A DNA stretch of 64,000 nt, taken from Candidatus Latescibacterota bacterium (GTDB taxonomy: Bacteria; Latescibacterota; UBA2968; GCA-2709665). Numbering within the stretch: the stretch's first letter is position 1; each line of letters starts with the position of its first letter. The position numbers and the translations under genes were made by a program. The notes below the pieces were generated by a model. That model was not told the DNA's origin and searched no databases. It was given only the letters and a program-made list of their open reading frames with translations. Where the stretch lies: assembly GCA_965116875.1 (NCBI GenBank), contig OZ220733.1, forward strand, positions 4,768,001 to 4,832,000. Direction: 5' to 3'. Positions 9,033 to 18,767 of the stretch are shown piece by piece.

Positions 9033-10187
9033 CTATCGGTCCTTGAGTTCGGTCAGAATCGAATAAATCTCGGTGTTCGCCCGAATGGCTTCTTCACCGT
9101 CTGGAACGGTTCGCTGGTGACACGCCAGACACACCTCCCTGAGTTCAAGTTTATGGCAACTCGTACACTCGCTTACATTGCCGTATGGCGCAAAGTAAGG
9201 CGCCTCACGCAGATGATAGGCCTCCGCGTCGATACGTCTACCCGGGTTTTGATGCCCGACTGTGCTCGTAATACCCTCTCTTTCGTGGCAGTCCTGGCAA
9301 AACGCCCTGAGTTTGTGGCAGGAGGCGCAGTCCGTAATCCGTCCCGCCCCCTCGGTCCCGTGGTTTCCACGAAAATCCGATGTGATTGAAATCACCTTGA
9401 TATGTCGTTCGGGCCGCAGGCTGCCGTATTCTCCAATCAGATCCGGCGTGCCATCGTAATTCACGTCCATATAACCCATCCGGTCGCATCCACCGAAGTG
9501 CCACTCGAAATCGAGGGATCTTGCATCGATGACCACGCCGGTATTGATGGCGATTTCAAGTTCCGCGTCTTCGTCCAGGTTCGCGACGACGATGCTCTCC
9601 CCGATCAGCGTCTGTTCGCCCCTCCTCTCCTCCGCCAGATGCCTGCCGTCGTAGACGAACAGTCTCGAGTCCCGTTCACCCGATGCGTCCTGTGCTTCGC
9701 CAAGGAAGATCAGTTCCAGCTGTGGGTCGCCATCCAGATTCTCGATCGCCATCGTCGAGATCGTCTCATATTCGTCGTCTTTGCTGCGCCATATCAACTC
9801 GTACGTATCCGCATTGTAGATCACGATGTCGCCCCAATGCGAATATGCGATGATCTCCAGGACGTCGTCCGCATTGACATCCGCCACGAAAACCTGGGCA
9901 ACGGACGATTTCAGGGATTGGCTGACCCACACCTCCCGCGAACGCCCGTTGCCGAGCTCAAGCACGTGCAAGAGCCCCTGCCGGTCTCCGTAGACCAGAC
10001 GTTTTACCGAGTCGGCTGCAGCGGGAATGGTCCTGATGGTGCGCATTTCGCCCAGAGCGCCGCCGAAGGGCGCATCTTTGCGTCTGGCCCACCGGAACCA
10101 TTCCAGGTCGCCCGCGTGCGCCAGGGTCAGCCCGGTGAACAGGCACGCCAGCACCCGGAAAACGTTTCGAGCAAACACCTCGCGCAC
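9033..10187 (-). CDS. Secreted FG-GAP-like repeat protein fused to a C-terminal tetrahaem cytochrome c domain
   Basis: Signal peptide ending AHA; blades DVNADDVLEI, NLDGDPQLEL, NLDEDAELEI, DVNYDGTPDL; CASCH, CQDCH, CTSCH, CLACH. Confidence 0.8.
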   Translation of the reverse strand: MREVFARNVFRVLACLFTGLTLAHAGDLEWFRWARRKDAPFGGALGEMRTIRTIPAAADSVKRLVYGDRQGLLHVLELGNGRSREVWVSQSLKSSVAQVFVADVNADDVLEIIAYSHWGDIVIYNADTYELIWRSKDDEYETISTMAIENLDGDPQLELIFLGEAQDASGERDSRLFVYDGRHLAEERRGEQTLIGESIVVANLDEDAELEIAINTGVVIDARSLDFEWHFGGCDRMGYMDVNYDGTPDLIGEYGSLRPERHIKVISITSDFRGNHGTEGAGRITDCASCHKLRAFCQDCHEREGITSTVGHQNPGRRIDAEAYHLREAPYFAPYGNVSECTSCHKLELREVCLACHQRTVPDGEEAIRANTEIYSILTELKDR

Positions 10188-10200
10188 GCCTTACCTCCGC

Positions 10201-11106
10201 TCAGAACAGGCTTACGTCAACATTGAGATAGCGTTTCGGGTCTTCCTTGATGTCTTCTATAAGACTGTCGACGGTGGCAAGCGTACGCCGCATATCCATA
10301 TACAGCGTTTCGTCGTGGACGAGACGGCCCAGAGTACCTTCGCCGCGGCGCAGTTTCCCACTGACCTCATTCAGGTCGGACAGCGACCCCTCGAAGGTCT
10401 CCAGCGCCGTCTGGATATTTCGCGCCATCGCATCCAGGCTTTCGGTAGTACGCCGCATGTTCCCGACGACGCGGCGCACGTCGGGCCGACTCTCGCCAAG
10501 AAGGTCCCGCGCGTCGCGGGCAGCCAGGGCCGCGGTGTCCAGCAGAGCCTTAAGGGTCTCGCGGTTCTCCGACACAGCCTGCTTCAAAAGCGCCGCGGTG
10601 CTGTCCATATTCGCGAGCAGGGCTCCGACATGGTCCAGATTCCTGTCGGCAAGAACCGACTCCAGACGCTGCGCCAGCACTCCGGCATGTTCCGCCACCT
10701 CTTCAATACCGCCTTCCGAAGACCCGCGAAGTGTATCGTGATCGGCATACACCCGGCCGGATTCCGTTCCCACCTGCACGTCGATCATCTTGCCACCCAG
10801 CAACCCCTCTGCCTGCAACAGTACTTTCGAGTCTCGGGGCAGGTTTCGAAATTCAGCAAAGCCGATACTGACGAGCGGCAATCCGTGCACAAGACCGATT
10901 TCGAGGACCTTGCCGGCCCATACCCCCCGGATGAATACCGGATCGCCAGGCTGCAACCCGGGTACGCTTTCGAAAAAGACGTGCAACTGATAACCGCCGG
11001 CCGCGCCCGCGTAGTTCTCCGACAGCCACGTCGCACCCAGTACGGCCATCGCGATCGCCAGGAATATGACCGCTCCCAGAAACAACTGCTTTTCTCGACT
11101 GATCAT
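10201..11106 (-). CDS. mlaD: MlaD/MCE family protein with long helical C-terminus
   Basis: N-terminal TM; F..VPGLQPGDPVFIRGV.AGKV; GLLGGKMI; C-terminal GEGTLGRLV..DIKEDPKRY. Confidence 0.9.
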   Translation of the reverse strand: MISREKQLFLGAVIFLAIAMAVLGATWLSENYAGAAGGYQLHVFFESVPGLQPGDPVFIRGVWAGKVLEIGLVHGLPLVSIGFAEFRNLPRDSKVLLQAEGLLGGKMIDVQVGTESGRVYADHDTLRGSSEGGIEEVAEHAGVLAQRLESVLADRNLDHVGALLANMDSTAALLKQAVSENRETLKALLDTAALAARDARDLLGESRPDVRRVVGNMRRTTESLDAMARNIQTALETFEGSLSDLNEVSGKLRRGEGTLGRLVHDETLYMDMRRTLATVDSLIEDIKEDPKRYLNVDVSLF

Positions 11107-11118
11107 CTGTCACCCGCT

Positions 11119-11874
11119 TCAGATTCTTCCCTGAACGAACATGTCGTAAACATCGTTTCCGCTCCTCTCAATCTCCTCCGGTTTCCCTTGAATGGCGGTT
11201 TTTCCGTTGTAGAGCAGCGCCAGCCTGTCTGAAATCCTGCGGGCAAGCGGAAGATCGTGGGTAACCACAACCGAGGTTACGTCCAGCTCACTCTGGAGTT
11301 TCAATATGTAATCGCCTACCACCGCGGCCGTTCCCGGATCCAGGCCGGTAGTCGGCTCGTCGTAAAGGATAAAGTCAGGCGACATTGCAATTGCTCTGGC
11401 CAGCGCGGCGCGCTTCCGCATTCCGCCGGACAGTTCGACCGGCATCGTCAGCTCCGTTCCCGAAAGCCGAACCGCGTCGAGGCATACGCTGACCCGCTCA
11501 TCGATCTCTCGTTCAGACATCGGCGTATGCATTCTCAGTCCAAATGCCACATTCTCCTTCACGTTCATCGAATCGAACAGAGCCGACGACTGAAACAGAA
11601 CGCCGATTCGCTTTCGCAGTGCCTTCAGGTCTTTCTTCCCGATGGAGTTCATATCGTGACCGACGACCGTGACCCGTCCCCGGTCAGCCTGTTCGATCCC
11701 GATCATATGTTTCAGCGTCACGCTCTTTCCGCATCCGCTGGGCCCAAGGATGGTGGTGACTTCGCCCCACCGGACTTCCAGATCCATCCCCTTGAGGACT
11801 TCCAGGCCGTCGAATCGCTTGTGTACCGATTCGAAACGGATGGCAACGCCGTTATTGGCCATCTCTGATCTCAT
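11119..11874 (-). CDS. mlaF: MlaF-type ABC ATP-binding protein
   Basis: GPSGCGKS, LFQSSALFDSM, LSGGMRKR, YDEPTTGLDP, VTHD. Confidence 0.93.
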   Translation of the reverse strand: MRSEMANNGVAIRFESVHKRFDGLEVLKGMDLEVRWGEVTTILGPSGCGKSVTLKHMIGIEQADRGRVTVVGHDMNSIGKKDLKALRKRIGVLFQSSALFDSMNVKENVAFGLRMHTPMSEREIDERVSVCLDAVRLSGTELTMPVELSGGMRKRAALARAIAMSPDFILYDEPTTGLDPGTAAVVGDYILKLQSELDVTSVVVTHDLPLARRISDRLALLYNGKTAIQGKPEEIERSGNDVYDMFVQGRI

Positions 11875-11930
11875 TCATCGAAAACGTATGACGGGAGAAC
11901 ACCAACCCGTACTGAAGAACACAACCGGCT

Positions 11931-12749
11931 TCAATATAGTAACGTCTTGGTCAGGAAGTAATCGAGAATCAGGATTGATGCAGCCGAAATCACCACCGCC
12001 ACCGTTGCCGCACGGCCCACACCCTGCGCCCCGCCCGTCGCCGACAGTCCGGCATACGAGCCGTAAAAGGTGATCATGCCGCCGTACACCACGGACTTGA
12101 TCAGGCATACCACAAGATCGTACGAACTCCAGTCGAGCTTCATGCCCTTCACGAAATCGGCAACCGTGATATCCATCAGATGGATGGACATCAAGTAACC
12201 CGCGGAGATCGACGTGCAGGCGGAGAATACGACCAGCACGGGGATCATCACGATGCCGGCGAGAACCCGCGGCATCAGAAGGTAGCCTACCGGATCCACC
12301 GCCAGTGAAACCAGCGCATCCACCTGCTCGGAAACCTTCATCGTGCCCACTTCGGACGCGATGCCCGCACCCACCTGGCCTGCCAGTACCAGCCCCATGA
12401 GAATCGGCGCCAGTTCAAGCAGCACCGAGCGAACAACGATGCTGCCGACCATGTAGTCGGGCACGTAGTCCTCCATCTGGTAGGCCATCATCGTGGAAAT
12501 GGCCATTCCGCTGAAAGCCGAAACAAGGATGACAAGAGACAGCGAATTCACGCCAACCGAGTAACATTGTTCGATGATCTGGCGTCTGTAGAAATAGACG
12601 TTCGGCAGTTCGCCAAGAAACCGCCGGAAATACCCGTACATCGAATAGGTAAGCAATAGAAACCGGGCGGTCTTCATGCCAACGAATTCCAGCAGACGTC
12701 TCACGGAACGATTCCTGAAATGGATTGGCCACCTTTCGCAGCCGTGCAC
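11931..12749 (-). CDS. mlaE: MlaE-type ABC permease
   Basis: ELAPIL, AGQVGAGIASEVGTMKVSEQVDAL, GGAQGVGRAAT; true start may be slightly downstream. Confidence 0.93.
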   Translation of the reverse strand: MHGCERWPIHFRNRSVRRLLEFVGMKTARFLLLTYSMYGYFRRFLGELPNVYFYRRQIIEQCYSVGVNSLSLVILVSAFSGMAISTMMAYQMEDYVPDYMVGSIVVRSVLLELAPILMGLVLAGQVGAGIASEVGTMKVSEQVDALVSLAVDPVGYLLMPRVLAGIVMIPVLVVFSACTSISAGYLMSIHLMDITVADFVKGMKLDWSSYDLVVCLIKSVVYGGMITFYGSYAGLSATGGAQGVGRAATVAVVISAASILILDYFLTKTLLY

Positions 12750-12988
12750 GCCGTCCCGCGGATCAGGCGGCGCAACGATGTTGTGCTGTCGTTTCCTGCG
12801 TGCCGCAGGCTGCGTACTGCATCCTCAATCTAACCATCAAATGCCGTTGAATCAATGACTTTATACGTTTCCTGCACTGCCGGATCCGTGGCCGAAAAGA
12901 CACGACTCCGCGGCTCGGGCAGATGCAACAAAAATGCGGGTCAGGGAGAGCCCCTGCCCGCACGGTCCGGCGTCGCTGCCGATCCGGA

Positions 12989-13972
12989 TCAGACCTGGTC
13001 CTGCCAGGACTCTTCGGCGCGCACCCGCTGCCTGAAATACCGGCGCAGCTTGCCCAGGGCGCGATTCCGGATCTGACGTACCCGTTCACGCGTGACACCC
13101 AGTTCCGTTCCGATTTCTCCAAGCGTCCTTCGTTCTCCGCCCTCCAGCCCAAAATAGGAGCGGATAACGTTGGCCTCCCTGGTATCGAGGCTTCCCGCGA
13201 GGGAGGCGTTGATCAGTTCGGTGCGGTCTCTTTCCAAAACTTCCAGATCCGGGTGGGCTTCGTCACAGTCGAGTACCTGCAGCAATGTCTTTTCGCCTTC
13301 AGCGTCGATCGGAGACTCCAGAGAGAGGTCCGAACGGGCGCATCGAAGCGCGCGTTCCGCACGCTTTCGACTGATATTCATGTCTGTGGCCACCTCTTCG
13401 ACCGTCGGCACCCGTCCCAACTCCTGCGTCATCTGGCCCCATCTCCGGGCCATGCGGTCCATGTCTTCCTGCCGATTTGCAGGCATGGACACCGCCGAGG
13501 TGCGTTTCAGCGCATTCAGTATCGCCTGGCGTATCCACCAGACGGCATAGCTGATGAACTTGTACCCGCGGGTTTCGTCAAACCGGTTCAGGGCTTCCAT
13601 CAACCCCATGTTGCCTTCGGCGATCAGATCCGAGAGCGGCACGCCACGGCCCTGGTATTCGAGGGCAACGCTCACGACAAAGCGCAAGTTGGAGGTGACG
13701 AGCCGCTCAATCGCCTTGGGATCGCCCTTCCGGGCCCGGGCAAGCGTTTCCGTCTCCTCTTTGCGCGTCATCGGGGGATACCGGCGCAGTTCCTTCAGGT
13801 ATCGCTGCACGGAGGCGTCATGAGGCAGACGCTTCTTTGTCGGTTCCTGGAAGTCCAAAGCTGGCTTCAACCCCTTTGCGACTGTGAAGCCGCCGTCCGG
13901 ATCCGCCGGCGTTTCCGGAACGGATGTGGATCGACGTACGATTGGAACGACCTGGACGCGCGAAAGTTCCAC
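12989..13972 (-). CDS. RNA polymerase sigma-70 factor, RpoD/SigA-like (no region 1.1)
   Basis: SNLRFVVSVA, DLIAEGNMGL, KFISYAVWWIRQ, TLGEIG..GVTRERVRQI. Confidence 0.93.
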   Translation of the reverse strand: MELSRVQVVPIVRRSTSVPETPADPDGGFTVAKGLKPALDFQEPTKKRLPHDASVQRYLKELRRYPPMTRKEETETLARARKGDPKAIERLVTSNLRFVVSVALEYQGRGVPLSDLIAEGNMGLMEALNRFDETRGYKFISYAVWWIRQAILNALKRTSAVSMPANRQEDMDRMARRWGQMTQELGRVPTVEEVATDMNISRKRAERALRCARSDLSLESPIDAEGEKTLLQVLDCDEAHPDLEVLERDRTELINASLAGSLDTREANVIRSYFGLEGGERRTLGEIGTELGVTRERVRQIRNRALGKLRRYFRQRVRAEESWQDQV

Positions 13973-14106
13973 TTTCCTGGGGTCGCGGAATCACTGGCGC
14001 AAACCCCGGTATCGCATTCCCGGATCGCTATCCCCGAATGCCAGTGCGCGGATGGAAAAGAAAAAAGCGAGCCGTCGATACTTCGACGGCTCGCCTTGAA
14101 TCGGCA

Positions 14107-14184
14107 TGGTGGGACATACAGGATTCGAACCTGTGACCTCTGGTTCCGGAGACCAGCGCTCTATCCAGACTGAGCTAATGCCCC
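14107..14184 (-). tRNA. tRNA-Arg (CCG)
   Basis: GGGGCATTAGCTCAGTCTGGATAGAGCGCTGGT-CTCCGGA-ACCAG...GGTTCGAATCC...CCA. Confidence 0.97.
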
Positions 14185-14203
14185 GCTGGATCCTTGAAAT
14201 TGG

Positions 14204-14293
14204 TCAGGTTTTCTTGTGGCGATCTCTTCTGCGACGTTTCTTGCGCTTGTGAGTCGCGATCTTGTGGCGCTTTCGTTTTCTTCCGCAGGGCAA
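14204..14293 (-). CDS. 29-aa basic protein, AURKAIP1/COX24 (bS22/mS38-like ribosomal protein); not in ORF track
   Basis: AAGGAG SD, TTG start, MPCGRKRKRHKIATHKRKKRRRRDRHKKT*. Confidence 0.88.
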   Translation of the reverse strand: MPCGRKRKRHKIATHKRKKRRRRDRHKKT

Positions 14294-14336
14294 TTAATGC
14301 TCCTTCTTGTGAGACTGACATGGGTGCGACACGATT

Positions 14337-14624
14337 TCAGTCCGCCTGCTCATCCGTGAGACCTGCCCGCAATTCCCTGGAAGGTTTGAAAACCGGTGCG
14401 GGGCGTTCCGGAATTTCAACAACATCGCCGGTTTTGGGATTGCGCCCGATCCGGGGCGCCCGGGTCACAACCTTGAACGTCCCGAAACCTCGAATTTCGA
14501 TGTGCTCGCCATGTTTCAATGCCGCCACAACCGAGTCGAGGAAACCCTCCACGACAGCCGCCGTATCCGATTTCGGCAACCCTGTGGCCGCTGCAATCTG
14601 ATTGACGATATCGGCTTTGGTCAC
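14337..14624 (-). CDS. hup: HU/IHF family DNA-binding protein
   Basis: MTKADIV, IEIRGFGTF, GRNPKTG, PVFKPS. Confidence 0.92.
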   Translation of the reverse strand: MTKADIVNQIAAATGLPKSDTAAVVEGFLDSVVAALKHGEHIEIRGFGTFKVVTRAPRIGRNPKTGDVVEIPERPAPVFKPSRELRAGLTDEQAD

Positions 14625-14736
14625 CGAATCCCCTTTCGAGACTGGCTAATGACTCAACGAAAAACACACGTGTCGAATTGGTTTGGACAAGCGACAAGGA
14701 TATAAAAATGGAATCGCTTTGTCAACAAAAAACAGT

Positions 14737-16521
14737 CTACTGCCGGGCGCTGCCGATGTACTGCAGTGTGTGAAGCCGGTGATAGATCCCCTTTGCGGCC
14801 AACAGGGCTTCGTGGGTGCCCGTTTCCCGGATTTCACCCTTATGAATCACAAGAATCCGGTTCGCGCGCCGAACGGTTGAAATGCGATGCGCGATCACGA
14901 TTGAAGTCCTCGACCGCATCAATCTTCCCACGGCATCCTGAATCCAGGCCTCCGTTTCGGTGTCAATGCTGGACGTGGCTTCATCCAGGACAAGAACGTC
15001 CGGATCAAACGCGATTGCCCGCGCAAAGGCCAGCAGCTGCTTCTGACCGCCGGAGAGGGTACCGCCCATTTCGGTAACGGCATGCCCGTATCCCCCCGGA
15101 AGCCGACTGATAAATCGGTCGGCGTTGACGTCCCTCGCCGCCTGTTCCACGCTTTGCTCCGAGATCTCGCGGCTTCTCAAGCGGATATTCGCCCCGATAT
15201 CCCCTGAAAAGAGGAAGACATCCTGCTGGACGACGCCAATGCGCCGCCTCAATGCCTCCACGTCCCACTCCTTGATGTCGACACCGTCAATTCGAATTCG
15301 CCCGCGTTGAATGTCATAGAACCTGCATAGAAGGTTGATAATGGTCGTCTTTCCGGAGCCGGTCGCGCCGACGACAGCCAGGCGTTCCCCCGGTTTCACC
15401 ACGAACGAAACGCCCTTGAGTACCCAGTCGTCGTTGTTGTATGCGAACCAGACGTCTGAAAACTCGATCTCGCCCCGGATCTTCTTCGGCCCGGCCCTGT
15501 CCAGGCCCGGCTCCGGCGGGGTATCCAGAAGTTCAAATATCCGCTCCGACGACGCCATCGCCGCCTGGAGAATCGCGTACCGTTCCGCAACGTCCAGAAT
15601 GGGCCAGAAGAACCGGGGAATGTACTGCAGCATGGCGACCAGAGCGCCCCATTCGATCTGCGCCCGGACGACGTCGCTGCTGCCCTGCCAGATAACCAGC
15701 GCCGTGGCGATGGAACCCAGCAATTGCATAATCGGAAAATAGAGCGAATAATATAGCGTAGACTCCAGATTCGCACTCAGGTACCGGCCGTTGATTCCGT
15801 CAAATCGATCCGCATGGCGGCCTTCCCGACCAAAAAGCTGCACGACCGGCATACCCGTGATATTTTCCTGTAAATAGGCGTTCAGGCGCGCCAACCGGCT
15901 GCGCGCGAGGCGAAATGCGCGCAACATTCGGCCTTGAAACCAGAATGTCACTCCGAACATTACCGGCACCGTAGCGCAGACCAGCAGCGCCAGAGACGCG
16001 TCCATGTAGAACATATACGCCATAATCGCGATCAGCGTGAATATATCGCTGAAAACGGCTACGACCCCGTCCGTAAACAACTCGTTGAGCGCGTCCACGT
16101 CATTTGTGTTTCGGGTCATCAGGCGTCCGATCGGCGTGCGGTCGAAAAACCGTACGGGCAACCGTTGAAGATGCCCGAATATCGCCTTTCGGATGTCGTA
16201 CATCACCCACTGCCCAACCATCTGTGTAACCATCCTCTGGGCCACGTCGGCCAGGAACTGAAACACAAGCAGGCCCACAAACACCAGGACGATCGCGTTC
16301 AAACCCGCCAGGTCTCCCGGCAGGATGTGGTCGTCCACGGCAATCTTGCTCAGATAGGGACCGGCCTGCCTGGCCGCCGACGTCACGAGAATGAGCAGGA
16401 ATGCGACAATTACCCAGGTCGTGTACGGCTTGAGGTAACCCAGAAGACGCCACATCAACCGGGCGTCGAACGGCTTCCGGGTTATTTCTTCTTCGTGCAT
16501 GTCGCGGGTTGGGTCAGGCAT
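14737..16521 (-). CDS. ABC exporter TMD-NBD half transporter (MdlB-like)
   Basis: 6-TM domain; GATGSGKTT, LSGGQKQ, LDEATS, AHR. Confidence 0.93.
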   Translation of the reverse strand: MPDPTRDMHEEEITRKPFDARLMWRLLGYLKPYTTWVIVAFLLILVTSAARQAGPYLSKIAVDDHILPGDLAGLNAIVLVFVGLLVFQFLADVAQRMVTQMVGQWVMYDIRKAIFGHLQRLPVRFFDRTPIGRLMTRNTNDVDALNELFTDGVVAVFSDIFTLIAIMAYMFYMDASLALLVCATVPVMFGVTFWFQGRMLRAFRLARSRLARLNAYLQENITGMPVVQLFGREGRHADRFDGINGRYLSANLESTLYYSLYFPIMQLLGSIATALVIWQGSSDVVRAQIEWGALVAMLQYIPRFFWPILDVAERYAILQAAMASSERIFELLDTPPEPGLDRAGPKKIRGEIEFSDVWFAYNNDDWVLKGVSFVVKPGERLAVVGATGSGKTTIINLLCRFYDIQRGRIRIDGVDIKEWDVEALRRRIGVVQQDVFLFSGDIGANIRLRSREISEQSVEQAARDVNADRFISRLPGGYGHAVTEMGGTLSGGQKQLLAFARAIAFDPDVLVLDEATSSIDTETEAWIQDAVGRLMRSRTSIVIAHRISTVRRANRILVIHKGEIRETGTHEALLAAKGIYHRLHTLQYIGSARQ

Positions 16522-16561
16522 TCAGGGCTCACGCACTCGAACTGGTGATGATTCCGATGGT

Positions 16562-18343
16562 TCAGATTTCATCCAGTTCGCGGGTCAACTGCTGACGGCG
16601 GTGCATGGCGGCATAGATTCCGCCCTTGCTGATCAGTGCGTCGTGGGTGCCGCGTTCGGCAATGGCCCCCTCATCCAGTACCACGATCTGATCCGCATCC
16701 TGAACGGTTGAAATACGGTGTGCAATCAGTATGGTGGTTCTGAACTTCATGGCGTCTCGCAGGCGATTCAATATCCTCTCTTCAGTCTGGGTATCGACGC
16801 TGGCCAGCGCATCGTCCAGGATGAGGATCTCCGGTCGACGGATCACTGCCCGGGCCAACGCCGTACGCTGCTTCTGGCCTCCCGAAAGTGTGACCCCGCG
16901 TTCTCCAATTACCGTTTCGATCCCGTCGGGGAAACTCGCGAGATCGTCCGAAAGGCCGGCAATTTCGCCGGCCCACCGTACGTCCGTCTCGGTCGCTCCG
17001 TCGCTCCCGAGGCTGATATTCTCCCGAAGCGACTCCGAAAAAAGGAACGTATCCTGCGGAACAAAACCGATGCAGTCGCGAAGCGTGGCCAGAGGGATCT
17101 CTTCCACCGGAATACCGTCGATCAGCACGGCGCCCCGCGGCGCCTGGATCAGTCTCGGAATCAGGCGCGCCAGCGTGGTTTTTCCGGATCCCACGCGTCC
17201 GACCAGTGCCAGGGTGCTGCCCCTTGGGATACGCAGGTCGATGTTCTTCAGAACCGGGACGCCGTTGTACGAAAAGGTAAGATCCCGGAACTCGATCTCA
17301 CCGTCGAGCGCTCCGACGGCCCTGGTCTGCGCCGAATCCTGAATTTCGGGCGTCGTCGCAAGGATCTCCTCAATTCGCTTCATGGACGCCAGACCTCGCT
17401 GGTACCGATCGATCATCCAGCCCAGGGTAATCATCGGAAAGATCAGCTTGGTCAGGTAGGCGTTGAATGCCACGAAATCCCCAAGGGTCAGGCGCCCGGC
17501 GATCACGTTTGCCCCTCCGATCCAGAGAATGACCGCGAGGGACGCGCCGCTGATCAGAAAGGTCAAGGGAAAGAGAAGACTCTGGATACGGATCAGGCTG
17601 CGGTTCTTTACCAGGTAGTCACGGCTCAGTTCGTCGAACGCATCCATCTCCGCGCGGCCCTGGGCGAATGCCTTGACCACCCGGATGCCGGACAGGTTCT
17701 CCTGGACACGCGCGCTGATTCGCGAAAACTGTTCCTGCACGGATCGAAATCCGTGATGGACCCTGCCGGCCAGTCGATTCATGACCAGAGCCATCACGGG
17801 CATCGGCAACACCGCAAGAATCGCAAGCTTCCAGTCGATCCAGCACATCACCAGCATGCTGAGGGAAAGACCCAGGACCGCGCCAAACAACATGCGCACG
17901 CCGAATCCCAGAAACATTCGTACAGCGTCCATGTCGTTGGTCGCCCTGGAAATCAGATCTCCCGTCGGCGTCCGGTGGAAGTAGCTGAGGGACAGCCTCA
18001 ACAAAGCCTTGAAATATTCCCGTCGTATATCATACTCGACGAGTCGCGAAACGCTGTTCAGGCACCAGCGCATGCCCATTTCCAGCCCCATCTGCGCGAT
18101 AGCAAGACCAACGATCAGCAATGCCCAGAAAACAACCTGCTCGCCGATGCTTCCCCCCGGGAGGTCGACTCCGCCAGGTGCGCCGTCCAACCCCTCTTTT
18201 ACCAGATCGACCGCCTCCCGTAACGCAAGAGGAATCGCGCTGGACGCCAGTTGTCCGATCGACAACAGCAGCAGACCCGTCAGGATGCGGTTCCTGTAGG
18301 GTCTCAGATGCGTCCGGAAGGGCCTGAAGGGATTGATCGTCAT
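16562..18343 (-). CDS. ABC exporter TMD-NBD half transporter (MdlA-like, degenerate Walker B)
   Basis: GRVGSGKTT, LSGGQKQR, LDDALAS; start moved to MTINPF to avoid overlap with the upstream gene. Confidence 0.93.
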   Translation of the reverse strand: MTINPFRPFRTHLRPYRNRILTGLLLLSIGQLASSAIPLALREAVDLVKEGLDGAPGGVDLPGGSIGEQVVFWALLIVGLAIAQMGLEMGMRWCLNSVSRLVEYDIRREYFKALLRLSLSYFHRTPTGDLISRATNDMDAVRMFLGFGVRMLFGAVLGLSLSMLVMCWIDWKLAILAVLPMPVMALVMNRLAGRVHHGFRSVQEQFSRISARVQENLSGIRVVKAFAQGRAEMDAFDELSRDYLVKNRSLIRIQSLLFPLTFLISGASLAVILWIGGANVIAGRLTLGDFVAFNAYLTKLIFPMITLGWMIDRYQRGLASMKRIEEILATTPEIQDSAQTRAVGALDGEIEFRDLTFSYNGVPVLKNIDLRIPRGSTLALVGRVGSGKTTLARLIPRLIQAPRGAVLIDGIPVEEIPLATLRDCIGFVPQDTFLFSESLRENISLGSDGATETDVRWAGEIAGLSDDLASFPDGIETVIGERGVTLSGGQKQRTALARAVIRRPEILILDDALASVDTQTEERILNRLRDAMKFRTTILIAHRISTVQDADQIVVLDEGAIAERGTHDALISKGGIYAAMHRRQQLTRELDEI

Positions 18344-18381
18344 CAGCGAATCCTGTTTGCGATGATACGGCAGTCCGCCGG

Positions 18382-18699
18382 CTACAGGTCGGCGTGCCAC
18401 CGATATACGTCCAGGTCGACTCTCCCGTTTACGAACGTCACGCCTTCGGCCTCGAGAAGCCGTTCCTGGACCAGGTGCGCCTTTGCGGAGCCGGTACGAA
18501 TGGACACGGTCCCTCGTGCGTTGATCACCCGGTGCCAGGGACACCTGGTGTGGGCCGGCAATGCCTTGAGCGCCTGTCCCACCTGCCTGGGACCCACCCC
18601 CACAATTCCGGCAATCTGGCCGTATGTGGCCACGGTCCCTTCGGGAATTCGGCCGACCACCCGGTAAATCCTTCGAAACGTGCGTTCAAATTCCGGCAT
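18382..18699 (-). CDS. Alkyltransferase-like (ATL/MGMT family) DNA-binding protein
   Basis: IPEGTVATYGQIA, PRQVG, PWHRV (Trp replaces catalytic Cys); start at MPEFER. Confidence 0.9.
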   Translation of the reverse strand: MPEFERTFRRIYRVVGRIPEGTVATYGQIAGIVGVGPRQVGQALKALPAHTRCPWHRVINARGTVSIRTGSAKAHLVQERLLEAEGVTFVNGRVDLDVYRWHADL

Positions 18700-18767
18700 T
18701 TCGTTCGCGATCCGTGCGCAAATCACGGATACTCCCGGATCCGATCCGCGGGACGGAAGAAGGCGGC

